Assembly (NCBI RefSeq): GCF_009914755.1 | Contig: NC_060936.1 | Strand: one strand, 5' to 3' | Length of the DNA: 64,000 nt | DNA from: the human T2T-CHM13v2.0 reference genome, Homo sapiens | In this document: positions 30,960 to 43,678 of the stretch, in pieces | Layout: each line of letters opens with the position of its first letter | How positions within the stretch are numbered: position 1 is the first letter of the stretch | Position numbers and translations under genes: made by a program | Notes under the pieces: model-generated | What the model was told of the DNA's origin: nothing | The model's input: only the letters and a program-made list of their open reading frames with translations | Databases searched by the model: none

Positions 30960-31170
30960 TAAAATCTTAGGTTCACTTTGGGTGCCATCCTACTTTGCCC
31001 AATGACTATATCTGAGACTTCAGGCAAGGCACTTAACCTGTTTATCCCACAGTTCCCTTATCTGTAAAATGGGCATAATATAGTACCTTCATCCCTAGCT
31101 GCTTCCAGGATTAAATGAATGTACAGTGCCTGGCAAGTAATCAGCACCTAACAAATGTCAGCTTTTCCTC
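30960..31170 (+). mobile_element. MIR
   Basis: caggcaaggcacttaacctg...tctgtaaaatgggcataata. Confidence 0.65.
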
Positions 31171-31325
31171 TGCTTCTGCTCTTATTGTAATAGAATGATG
31201 AGAGTGCCCTTTGAATGACTAATAGCAAAGTTCTTCCTTTTCAGGGCATAAAACTACATTTTAAAATGCTGAATGCATCCTATATCAATGGAATAAAATT
31301 TTTGATTAAGGACTGGAATACTTTG

Positions 31326-31945
31326 ACACTGTTGTTGGGAGTTAAATTAGTTCAACCGTTGTGGAAGACAGTGTGGTGATTCTTCAAGGATCTAGAACCA
31401 GAAATACCATTTGACACAGCAATCTCATTACTGGATATATACCCAAAGGATTATAAATCATTCTACTATAAAGACAGAGGCACACATATGTTTATTGCAG
31501 CACTGTTCACAATAGCAAAGACTTGGAACCAACTGAAATGCCCATCAATGATAGTCTGGATAAAGAAAATGTGGCACATATACACCATGGAATACTATGC
31601 AGCCATAAAAAAGGATGGGTTCAGGCAGGGGACATGGAAGAAGCTGGAAACCATCATTCTCAGCAAACTAATGCACGAACAGAAAACCAAACACCTCATG
31701 TTCTCACTCATAAGTGGGAGTTGAACAATGAGAACACATGGACACAGGGAGGGGAACATCACACACTGGGGCCTGTCAGGGGATGCGGGGATAGGGGAGG
31801 GATAGCATTAGAAGAAATACCTAATGTAGATGACGGGTTGATGGGTGCAGCAAACCACCATGGCACGTGTATATCTATGTTATAAACCTGCATGTTCTGC
31901 ACATGTATCCCAGAACTTAAAGTATAAAAAAAAGAAAGAAAGAAA
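31326..31945 (+). mobile_element. L1PA7/8-like 3' fragment
   Basis: ORF2 C-terminus MFIAALFTIAKTWNQ, G-rich 3' UTR and A-rich tail. Confidence 0.85.
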
Positions 31946-32535
31946 CCAAGTCTTCAACTACTACTCAGAGTTTCTATGATCCCAAAATACTTACAAAGAA
32001 TTAGGCAGATTGAACTGAACAGTAAGCAAAATGTTATTTTATGGTAATTGAATCTAAGTTCTATTTCTACTTCAAGTGCTGCTGGAATTAGAGATTCAAA
32101 CATCATCTAGAGAAATCTCTATTCTACATAAATTAGATGAAAATAAACTCATGAAAAAGAAAATAAACAATATATTAAATTCTAGTCAATGAAAAAATGA
32201 GTGAAAAAGGAGTAACTTTTCCTCCAAAGCACAAAATTCTAAATGCCATTAAACTGAATTAAAATTGGAGTGAAGGCAGGAAGAATTCTCACATCCTAAA
32301 TAGATCACAGGCTCAATTCCTCTTCTTTTCTAAATACTCACTAGGTATATTCTGTATGTATGTTTTTTTAAAAAATGCATCAAAGAGAGTATTGGTAGAG
32401 GGAAATCAATAATATACATCCAAATATGAGAATATTTAATATTTTTCAAAGCAGCAGCTTGCCTAATGTCTAAGATTTCTCTCTCTTTCTTCCTTGAAGT
32501 CAACTTTTGGAGGTAGAAAGAAAAATTCAAATCAT

Positions 32536-32838
32536 TGTATTAGCATCTTTTGTCACATAAAAATATTACTAAAATTTAGTGGCTTACAACTATACACATT
32601 AATTTTCTCCCAGTTTCTGTGGGTCCGGAGTCTTGACAAGGCTCAGCAAGGTTCTCTTTGTCGGATCTCTCAAGGCTGCCATCGAGGGGCCACCTGGGCT
32701 GAGTTCTCATCTGAAACTCAACTAGGGAAAGAGTCTACCTCTAAGCATACTCAGAATGTTTGCAGGGCTTCAGTTTCTTACTGGCTATTGGCTGGGGCTT
32801 GCCCTTAGTTTGTAGAGGTTGCTCACTTACTCAAAACC

Positions 32839-32893
<55 letters not shown>

Positions 32894-33125
32894 CGCACAA
32901 GACAGCGAGAGCAAGAGAGTGCCAAAAGGACAGACACTACAAATTTATACACTAATCACATAATTAGGTAGATGTAATCACATATATCCTCTCACCTTTG
33001 CCCTGTTCCATTGGTTGGAAGCAAGTCACAGGTGCTATCCACACTCAAGGGGAGGGGATCACACAAGGGCATGAATGCCAGGAGACAGGTGCTATGCAGG
33101 CCACCTTAAGAGTCTGTATGCAACA
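32536..33125 (-). mobile_element. MLT1F/G-like LTR containing (TG)n(GA)n at about 32841-32893
   Basis: tgtattag...aatttagtggctt...cacactcaaggggaggggatcacacaagggcatgaa. Confidence 0.7.
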
Positions 33126-34469
33126 CTCATCTATTTTAATGCTTAGAAGATTCAACTTTAGTGCAAGAATGACAATGTTGATTTGAAAAACATGAAAAAA
33201 ATTCTCCCTTCCACATTTGCCTTTTTTCCCTACCTCAGTAAACAAGCACTGGCTCTTTTGAGGTATCATTTTGAAATTACTGCAAAAATTAGATAGACAT
33301 GTGTCTATAATTCAAACTTAAAAATAAATTCTTTTTCATAAAAACATATCTTGCTTATAGGGCCACTACCGAATAAGTGTGTCAAGTTCTAGTTTTCTTA
33401 GTGCTTCATTGGTGGTTGGAAGCTGCTGAGAAGAAAGTACGACACTGTCTTTCCATGGTTCTTTCACTGCAGCCTCCCACAGGAAGGAGATACACATCAC
33501 TGTCAAATCCTGGACTTGCCCTAATTTGGGGACTCCCATGCCTCAGGGTCCAAAATGGACCAAATACTAGTCCCAAGATGACATAAATTACCAGCTTTGT
33601 GGTGAGGCAATTATTTTATCTTAATTTAACATTCACACACTACCTTTTCTACAGGCTTTAATAAATTATAGAATTGCAGGCCTTGTGAATTTTAGATATA
33701 ATCATAACTATAGATGATGCCATATGTGATAGTATTAGGTTAAAGAGAGCAGGAGACTGCCAAAGGCTAAACTAAAAAAATTAAAACTAATGAATAGGCA
33801 TGATACTTGGAATTGTTGACACTGAGTTCACCTTTCAAATTTTAAGGCCACATCATCCATTTATTTTCTACCCTACTGCCATACAGTACTTCAATAATAT
33901 GATTTGAAGATTACTAGTAGTATTATGAACCAACAGCTCACATTCCCTATCACTTTTACATTTTCAAAACACATTTATAACTGTTATCTCATTTTAGAAA
34001 AGTAAAAATAGAATCAAGTATGATTAACTCCCATCATTTTTCAATAGACATTTTAGGTAAGTAAAAATGGAATCAAGTACGATTTACCCTCATTATTTTT
34101 CAGTCTTTCTTATAAAGAAAGTTTTATCTTTCTTTTGCAATAGACATATTAATATTAACACCTTCCCTTCAAAATTCAGCTCCAACTCCTTGGTCAGGCG
34201 AGGAGGCCTTCTGAGAGTCGCACTATACTTGCTGCCATATCCCTCTGCAGACTTAGTTGTTTTCAAGTGTGTTTTATCTTTCATTTGCTTGATGAGAATC
34301 TCATTAAGGGAAGGGATTTAACTTATGTTTATTTTTGTTGGTATTGCTCCTGTAATGCCTCATAAGTGCTGTTGTTCATAGAAGCATTCAACAAAGACAG
34401 CCAATGGTCCGACATTTAGCCACTGATTGAAGGATCTTTATCATTTCAGAGAGACTTCTCTTTATACCC

Positions 34470-34994
34470 TAGAGGCAGACTGAAAAAATGCCCACCTCCC
34501 CAGGATGAATTCACTTCTGAATCCCCAGAACCCGTAAATATTATCTTTTATGGCAAAAGAGTGACTATTACCATATATGGCAGAAGAGTGACTATGACCT
34601 CTTACATGATCTTGAGAAAAGGAGCTTGTCTTGAACTATCCAGGTAGACCCTAAATGCAATCACACATATTCTTGTGAGAAAGTGGCAGAGGAAGTTCTA
34701 AAGCACAGACCCACAAAAGAGGAGGAGAAAATCTGTACATGAGGGTAGAGACTGGAGTGACATGGCCACAAGTCAGGGAATGCCAGCAGCCATCAAAAAC
34801 TGGGAAGGGAAAGGGACAGATTCTTCCCTAAAGCCCCCACAGGAAATGGGACCCTGCTGACACTTTGAGGTCAGCTCCATGAAACTGAGTTTGGATTTCT
34901 GACATCCAGAACTCTAAGAGAAACAATAAAATTTGTGTTATTTTAAGCCACCAAGCTTGTGGTAATAACACGACAGCCACAGGAAACTAATACA
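34470..34994 (+). mobile_element. MLT1-family LTR
   Basis: Ends gccacaggaaactaataca and has a typical MLT1 body. Confidence 0.75.
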
Positions 34995-35169
34995 AGCCCC
35001 TAACCCTTGATCCTTCCTTTCTCCAATCAAAAACAGGAAAAGACACTGTGTCTCTCCCTCCACTACCCACTTGCCCCCAAATCTAGTTAAATTTTGTCTC
35101 CATGATGAATGTTTTTGTCCAATAAGAAAAAAATATCTTTGTAGTAGATTCCCATTTGTGTGGCATTTT

Positions 35170-35500
35170 ATAGCTCAAGCGCTTTCCCAAACCATTTGAT
35201 CCTTCAACCATACTGTGAGGTAAACAGGGCAAGTACTATTACCTCTCAGTTTCAGGTTAGGAAAGCCTGCAGAGAGAATAAGTCACCCTAAGTTCACAGA
35301 GCTGGTTAGGAAAGGAAACTAAGACTTCCTGAGGCAGCCACAGTCTCATCATAACATTGTGAGGTAGAGCTCACTGTTTTACAGATGTGGAAACTGGGCC
35401 TCAGAGAGGGCAAGTTACTTGTCCAAAGTAAAACAGGCAGTAAGTAAAGGGATACCTGGGTCTATTTCCCAAGCCCATGAGCTTTCCACATACCATGCTG
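35170..35500 (-). mobile_element. Tandem MIR fragments
   Basis: Reverse MIR cores, e.g. ttttacagatgtggaaactgggcctcagagagggcaagttacttgtccaaag. Confidence 0.6.
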
Positions 35501-35670
35501 CAGGCTAGAATACAGCCAGGTTATTGCCATAATGAAAATATACTAGAACAATAATCACATAGCTAGTATGTGCTTGGCCCTTATAACACATCAGATACCA
35601 TTTTAAATGTGTCATATCCACTAACATGTTAGTCCCTGCAACAACTTATCAGGTGGAGACTATTAGTTAT

Positions 35671-36166
35671 TGTAGTATGCTGAATCATCCACTGCCCCGC
35701 GATGCCCAGAACCTGTGAATATGTTACCTTACATGGTAAAAGGGACTTGTAGATGCCCTTAAATCAAGGATCTTGAGAAGGGGAGAATATCCTGGATTAC
35801 CTAGATGGGCCCAAGGTAATCACAAAAGTTTACATGAGGGAGGTAAGAAGGTGAAAGTTAAGAGATGTGACCATGGAAGGAGAGGGTCAGAGACAGAGTG
35901 AGCCTTGAAGATGTTACACGCTGGCCTGCAGACAGATGAGGGGCCGAAAGAGGAGGCATGCAGGCAGCCTGGAAAAGCTGAAAAAGGCAAGGTCTCTTGT
36001 GGCACCTCCAGAGGAAGTGAGGCTGTGCTGATACCTTGATTTTGGCATGATGAAACCCCTTTCAGACTTCTGATCTCTAGAATGGTGAGATAATAAATTT
36101 GTGTTGTTTTTATAAAGTCACTAAGTTTGTGGCAATTTGTTACAACAGGAATAGGAAACCAGTATC
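35671..36166 (+). mobile_element. MLT1D LTR inserted in a MIR (MIR spans about 35545-36290, minus strand)
   Basis: gaacctgtgaatatgttaccttacatggtaaaagggac...; the MIR resumes at atccccattttacaaatgag. Confidence 0.8.
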
Positions 36167-36216
36167 ATTATCATCCCCATTTTACAAATGAGAAAACAGA
36201 AGCACAGGGAAGTTAA

Positions 36217-36675
<459 letters not shown>

Positions 36676-39360
36676 TGAATTTCATTGCCACCAGCTACAC
36701 GGCTATGTAGAAATGCACAATAAGCTGCTGTTTTAACTCTACAAGGTGACACTAGGCTCGTTTTTTCCAGGAATGCTGATTAGTTCATGCTGATTTATTC
36801 ACATTAGCATTATGTTAATGTTATTTATATTTTTATGGACTTAGAGATATCTTACATTAGCAACTTCTCTCAAGAATGACAAGAGAATGAATGATTTGAC
36901 TCTTGTCAGCCCAAGATTGAAGGTAAGAGTCATGAAGCTCTTCTCCAAATGTCATATGTTGGCCCAATCAAGTTCCCTGGACATATTTCAAAATTATAAC
37001 AGCTAATGAGTATATGCTTTATGTGTGTCCTCACAAGCAACACTTCAAAGCCGGTATTTCATCTTCCATTTACAGAATTAAAAACTGAAACTCTGAGAGG
37101 TTAAATAACTTTGCTGTGGTCACACAGCTGGAAAATGGAAATGGTAGAATCATATATCACTGAGATGTATAGTATGCTCTTTCTAGATTTCACACCAAGG
37201 AGTCATGTTGCCCTTTGGGACGAGCACGGTACAAAACCCAGATTTTCCTCTTACTTTCTAAGTTACTTAATCTCCTGACGCCTTGGTATGTATAAAACCA
37301 GGATAACAATAGTACCTACCACCTAGACTGCAGTAAAAACTAATTGAGTTACACATGTAAAGTGCTTGGCAAAGTCTCTGGAATAAAGTAAGATATTTAT
37401 TTTAGTACGTGTTTGTAACCATTTTTATTATAGATTTGACTTATAAGTTAGACTTTCCTCAATCATTCTGCACTACCTCATGTTCCATCCAGACTCACAT
37501 TTGGAAAAATTTTAGGTTCTGAAAAGATCAAGACAAGTTGTGAATTGAGACAAGTCACTTCTGAGGCTTGCACTGGGTACACTTAAGACCTGTACACCTT
37601 GCTACTAAATCAGTTTCATGCTTAGAAAATATCAAGAGGTCATTCAGTTCATCCTCAAGTTGTAGCCTGGTCCCTTCTGAAATTCTTACCTTAGTTTGCA
37701 ATACCTCTAGAGAAAAATATTTTATAGCTTCCTGTGGTAATCGATTCGAATGTCAGACTTGGAGAGATCAAAAGTCATGAGCACAATGCCTTATGTTTCA
37801 CTTCAGGTTGGAGGTCAGAAAGACATAAAATGCTATCTACGACCCTCCTATAGAGACCTGGGTTATTTACAAAGGGGTTTCTTAAATTTCAGCTGACATT
37901 CATCCTTCTAAATCAATGCTTAATATTGTATTCATTCCATCCTTCCTGGGAACCAACGAAAATCTCAACTTAAAAACTGGATTTTTTGTTTATGAGAAAA
38001 AAAAATACTCTGCTTTTAGAACTGCACAACTTAGTAAGGAAGTGATTTAGTGATTTACTACAGAGTGATCCCTGGTAATGCAGTAAGTTGGGAGGAGGGG
38101 TACTAAGCTGGTTATAGTGAGGTGTTGAAGAAAATATCCAAATTATAAATATGGAGAAACAGATTCTACATCATGCTTCTTTATTTTCTGTTTCTCTGGC
38201 CTTAGGCAAATCTTTAAAAATGGAAAACTAACAACTAACCCGCTAATTGGACAGGCATATTATGACAATCAAGTGATATCCTGGTAAGTAAAGTGCATCA
38301 GTGACTGTAAAATACTCTCTAACAGGTGGTTCCCAGTGGAAGATCTTTGATGCTATCAAAGTTAAAGTCTCTGACCCATGATCCTAGCAACATGAACACA
38401 GACACCTAAACTTTCTGAGTTCTTTTCAGCCCCTGCAGCATGGAGTTTGTGTTGAGATGTGTTCCTCCTGGTGGCTCTTTGGCTTACAGAGACTCAGTGA
38501 TGGAACCTACCAACTTAGGGCAGAATCTAATCCTAGAATTACCAATTTCATGAAGCCAGTTTCTCCTGTAAACCTGGAGCCCATCTCTGCAGGATGCAGC
38601 CACCTCCCTGCTGCTGCCACAAGACATGGTGTTAAGGAAGGTGTTTGATTCAGTCTTGAGTGGTGCAAAGGTTGTCTAGTTTACAGGGGCCCCCGGCTAC
38701 GGTTCTAAAGTAGGGTGTGTACTCTACAGTGGCCCTTCTGGAATATCCAGCTTCCACCACTCTCTTTATTCTGGCATAAGCATGAGGTTGAATTTGCTTT
38801 TCTTCAGAAGCATTCCCATATTTTTAGCCACTCTTCCCTGGGCTCCAAATGAGAAAGTCCCCACCATTCCCCAGCATACAGATCCAGGTCTCCTCACATT
38901 ACTCAGGCATTCTGCTCCATTTCTCTTATTTAGCCCTGGGCTGAAGAAACCAATGGCTACTCATGGGGTCTGCCTTTCTCCAGGGGAAATGTGACTCTCT
39001 TCTGTGCCACTGGATCCAAGTATCTACCACTTCCTCTCTTCTTCTCCCCTCAGCATCCTGAGTTCACTCATAACCTTCAGACTTGTACCCCTTCCCCACC
39101 CAACACTGGACCCTTATCACCAACTTCAAACTGAATTATTTTGATTGTTGTCATCATTAATATTGGAATTTAAAAATCAGCATGAATTTGGGTACTGTGT
39201 GTAGCCAAGTAAAACAAGTCACAACATTATTTATCTATCTCTTACATTAAAAAAGAAAGTGTAAGAATTGAAAGTAGAGGGAAAAGCCTTAATAGATAAG
39301 ACAAAATATATCAAAGGCTTACAAATGTGCTAGCTATTAAAAAAAAATTTAAAAGGATTA

Positions 39361-39702
<342 letters not shown>

Positions 39703-40194
39703 TCATACAGACTAATGAGTTAGGTATTATAACAAGTGATTACACTGAGGCTTTGAGACATTACCTTCCCACGTGTTACACAGTTACTGAGTGGCAAAAC
39801 CAGGACTCAAACCTTTATATTGTACTGCGTCTGTGACAAAATCAAGCAATCAAGCAATGGTCTTTCACTCCTCGCTGATAGCTTAGTATGTGCATGAGAA
39901 AACAGTGACTCAATTAATACAGATACAAGATAAAGCACTGTAAAGGTTTAAAAACTCTAGGGGAAAATGAAATTAAGGGTCGCCCTTAGGATCAAAGAAA
40001 ATCCAAGTTTTACTTAAATAGTTAATTAATCAATAGTACAGTTAAAAGCCAATATGTTATCATTTTCGTATGTATTTCCATTGCATCTGCTTCAAACGTA
40101 CTTTAAAGTGCCTGAGGTTTGCCAATGACTTACATAATTGTAGAAGAGGCATGCAATTGGCTGGAGTGTATGGATAATTAAAAACAGCCCTTTT

Positions 40195-41540
40195 ATGGTG
40201 ATTTTTTTGGATACAATACCAAAGGCATGATCCATAAAAGAAAGAATTGCCTATAGTCCATAAAAGAAAGAATTGCCTATAGAATTGCCTTGGGAGGCTG
40301 AGGCAGGAGGATTGCTTGAGCTCAGGAGTTCAAGGCTATACGAGCTATGCTCACACAACTACACTCCAGCCTGGGTGACACAGCATGACAAGACTCGTCT
40401 CTTTAAAAAAAAAAGGGGGGGGGGCAGGAGTAGGGGAGGAAAGAATTGATAAGCTACACTTTATTAAAATTAAAAATTTCTGTTCTGAGAAAGGCACTGA
40501 GAAGAGAATGAAAGGACAAGCCACAGACTGGGAAAAATATTTGCAAAAGACATATCTAATAAAGGATTGTTATCTAAAACATATAAAGAATTTTTAAAAC
40601 TCAAGCAGAAAACGAACAACCAACCAACCAAATAAACAAACAAACAAAACAACAGATACTTCAACAATGAAGATACAGAGCAACAGGAACTGTCCATTCA
40701 TTGCTGATGAGAATGCAATATAGTATAGCCATTCTGGAAGAAGTCTGGATATTTCTTACAAAACTAAACATACTCTTACCATTTGACATAGCAATCCCAG
40801 TCATTAGTATGAAAAAAAGTTGAAAACTTATGTTCACATAAAAACCTGCACATGGATGTTTATATCATTGCCAAATGTTTATATCATTGCCAATTGCCAG
40901 AACTTGGAATGTTTATATCATTGTTTATATCAATGAAATGTTTATATCATTGCCAATTGCCAAAACTTGGAGGCAACCAAGATGCCCCTCAGAAGGTGAC
41001 GGGATAAATAAACTGTCATACATCCAGATACTAGAATACTATTTAGCACCAACAAGAAATGAAGTATTAAGCCATGGAAAACCATGGAGGGAACTTAAAT
41101 GCATATTACTAAGTGAAAAAAGCCAATCCCAAAAGGCTGCATACCATATGATTCAAACTGCATGACACTTGGAGAAAGCAAAACTAAGGACAGTAAAAAG
41201 AACAGTGATTGTTGGGTGTTGGGGAATGGACAGGTGGAGCACAGGGGACCTTTAAGGCAGTGAAATCATTTTGCGTGATACCCCATTGGTGCATACATGT
41301 CATCATACATTTACCCAAACCTACAGAATGGACAACACCAAGGGTGAACCATGATGTCAACTATCAATTTAGGTTCATCAGTTGTAACAAATGTGCCACT
41401 CTGGTGGGAAATGTTTATAATGGGGGAGGCTGTGTGTGTATAGGGGGAGGGAACATATAAAAACTCTCTCTATACCTTCCACTTAATTTTACTATGAACC
41501 TAAAACTGGTCTAAAAATAAACTCTATTTTTAAAATAATA
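40195..41540 (+). mobile_element. L1MC 3' region with an Alu right-arm insertion (about 40249-40413) and internal duplications
   Basis: ORF2 remnants (IDKLHFIKIKNFCS, IAKTWRQPRCP) and an L1MC 3' UTR. Confidence 0.8.
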
Positions 41541-42629
41541 GCTCTTTTATGTCATTCTACGATTACTGTTGGTAAGGACGTAAGGCTCTAATAAAGTAGC
41601 AAATATGACATGATTGTTTTACCCTCCTGCTGTGTTTCAGGATCTATGATATAATCATAGACAAAACCCACCTATGATATAATAAGTAAGCCTTCCTTAT
41701 GGACAATGTTGCTCAAAACTCAGCATCTCTAAATGCTTGGAGAAGAGTTCAAGCCCAGGAACCTCACAACCTCATCTCCCTCAAGAAGATGCCTGCTTCC
41801 CCCAGGCCTTAACTGGCTCCCATACTTCCCGGGCCTTTATCCACAGCCCTTTTATATAAGCCAGCTACTTAGTTCATGGGAGCTTTCAAGCAATGACATA
41901 GTGGCAATTTACATTAGCATGCTCTTCTATACATCTTTTAAAATAGGCCATAGCTCTTGGAGTAGAAAGGTCACTAAAAGAATTCCCCCAACCACCCTCC
42001 CTTAAATTGATTTCACTAAATTTAGAGAGAAAATACACAAGTGTGATACATTTTTTCTGCCTGTGACTCTCTAGGCTTACACATATCTTTTAACTTGTAC
42101 ACAATAAAATAATGAGAATACCTTCACTAGAAGGATGAAAGACTGGTATTGATATAAAAAATGCTTCCATTAATAACATGGATTAATGGCCAGCAGCAGT
42201 ACTTGGTGTCCTCCTTCTCTAGTGTTCACATTTATGAACTTGAAATGAGTACTATCATTAATAGGCCTCATTTACAGGCTGGCAGCAGGTTGCCCCACCA
42301 AAAGCAGAAGTGATGATTAGTTCATTTGAAGAGGAGGATGTTTAGAGCTCACAGAAAGCTGGACTATCAAAGAAGCACACCTCTCTTTCAAAGAAAGGAA
42401 AGGTACATTCATGTTGTTGTTTTTTTCCCTCTTCAAAGCTTGTCTTTCAACTGGAGGTTGGAGAGAAGGGAATGCAGGCTTTTAATCCAAATGATAATTG
42501 CTGTCAAACAACCTAGTCTGAAATCATTTTCATTATGCACTGAGTCATCAGGATCTGTCATTTCTATTTTTCCCCTAAACTTACTGCTCATGGCTTTTCT
42601 CTTTCTAAGAAAAAGTTAGAAGTCTTTAT

Positions 42630-43389
42630 TTCTCATTCAAGTTAATTTAACTCACCTTTACTGAGTACCCACTATGAGCCATAACAGGCCTGCGGGATGC
42701 AAACATAAATAAGACACTGTTCTAATCTTTGATGCCCTCACATTAGAGTAAAGGAGAGAGAGATTTAGAGAAGAGTTGCATTAACAAAAGTATCTAAAAC
42801 CTACAGAGACAGAACAATGAAGCAACTGATTGACTCTATTTGGGTGAGTCAAGAAGACTTCAGAGGGGAGAAGGTGTCTCAGGAAACCATTGATGTGCAC
42901 TCGGTATGCTTTCAGAAAAGGAGGGCATTTCTCCAGACACAGCAACATGCACCAATGCCCACAGGCCTACTGTAATTAGCTCAGTGTGGTATGTGTGCAG
43001 CAAAAGTGAAATGAGGCTGGGGAAGTTGGCAAGGGAAAAATAATGAAAAGGCATATTAAGGAATTTATATTTTACCTTGCAAGCAATGAAAGGCCATTGA
43101 AAAGTTTCTAAAAGAAAAATAAGACAAATCTATATGACTTTTAGGAAAATTACTCTGTTGGTGGTATAGAGAATAGGCTGAAGAAAGTCTGTAGGGAGGT
43201 AGTTAGAAGCCTATCGCAATGGTCCAGGCATAGTTGAATGAGGATGCGAGCAAACACTGTAGTGGAAGGGTAAAGGAGAAAGGTCAAATGTTTAAGTCTT
43301 AGTAACAGAATAAAGAGGAAGGTGTCAGGGATGAGTCTCTAGATTTTACTTGGGCTATTTCAGAATGGTGGTTAAAAAATCCAGCAGGA
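42630..43389 (-). mobile_element. L2 fragment
   Basis: tttactgagtacccactatgagcca is the reverse L2 tail, followed by a purine-rich L2 body. Confidence 0.6.
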
Positions 43390-43678
43390 GGCTGGGCGCG
43401 GTGGCCCACACCTGTAATCCCAGCACTTTGGGAGGCCAAGGTGGGCGGATCACCTGAGGTCAGGAGTTCGCGACCAGTGTGGCCAACATGGTGAAACCCT
43501 GTGCCTACTAAAAATTAGCTGGGTGTGGTGGTGCATGCCTGTAATCCCAGCTACTCCGGAGGCTGAGGCAGGAGAATCGCTTGAACCCGGAAGGCAGGGT
43601 TGCAGTGAGCCGAGATCAGGCCACTGCACTCCAGCCTGGGCAGGTGACAGAGAAAGACTCCACCTAAAAAAAAAAAAA
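43390..43678 (+). mobile_element. AluSx-like with a shortened linker
   Basis: TSD aaaaaatc(c/g)agcagga. Confidence 0.9.

Noticed and set aside
40856-40971. CRISPR-like repeat-spacer appearance
   Set aside because: Eukaryotic L1 context, irregular spacing, spacers are self-derived, and there are no cas genes.
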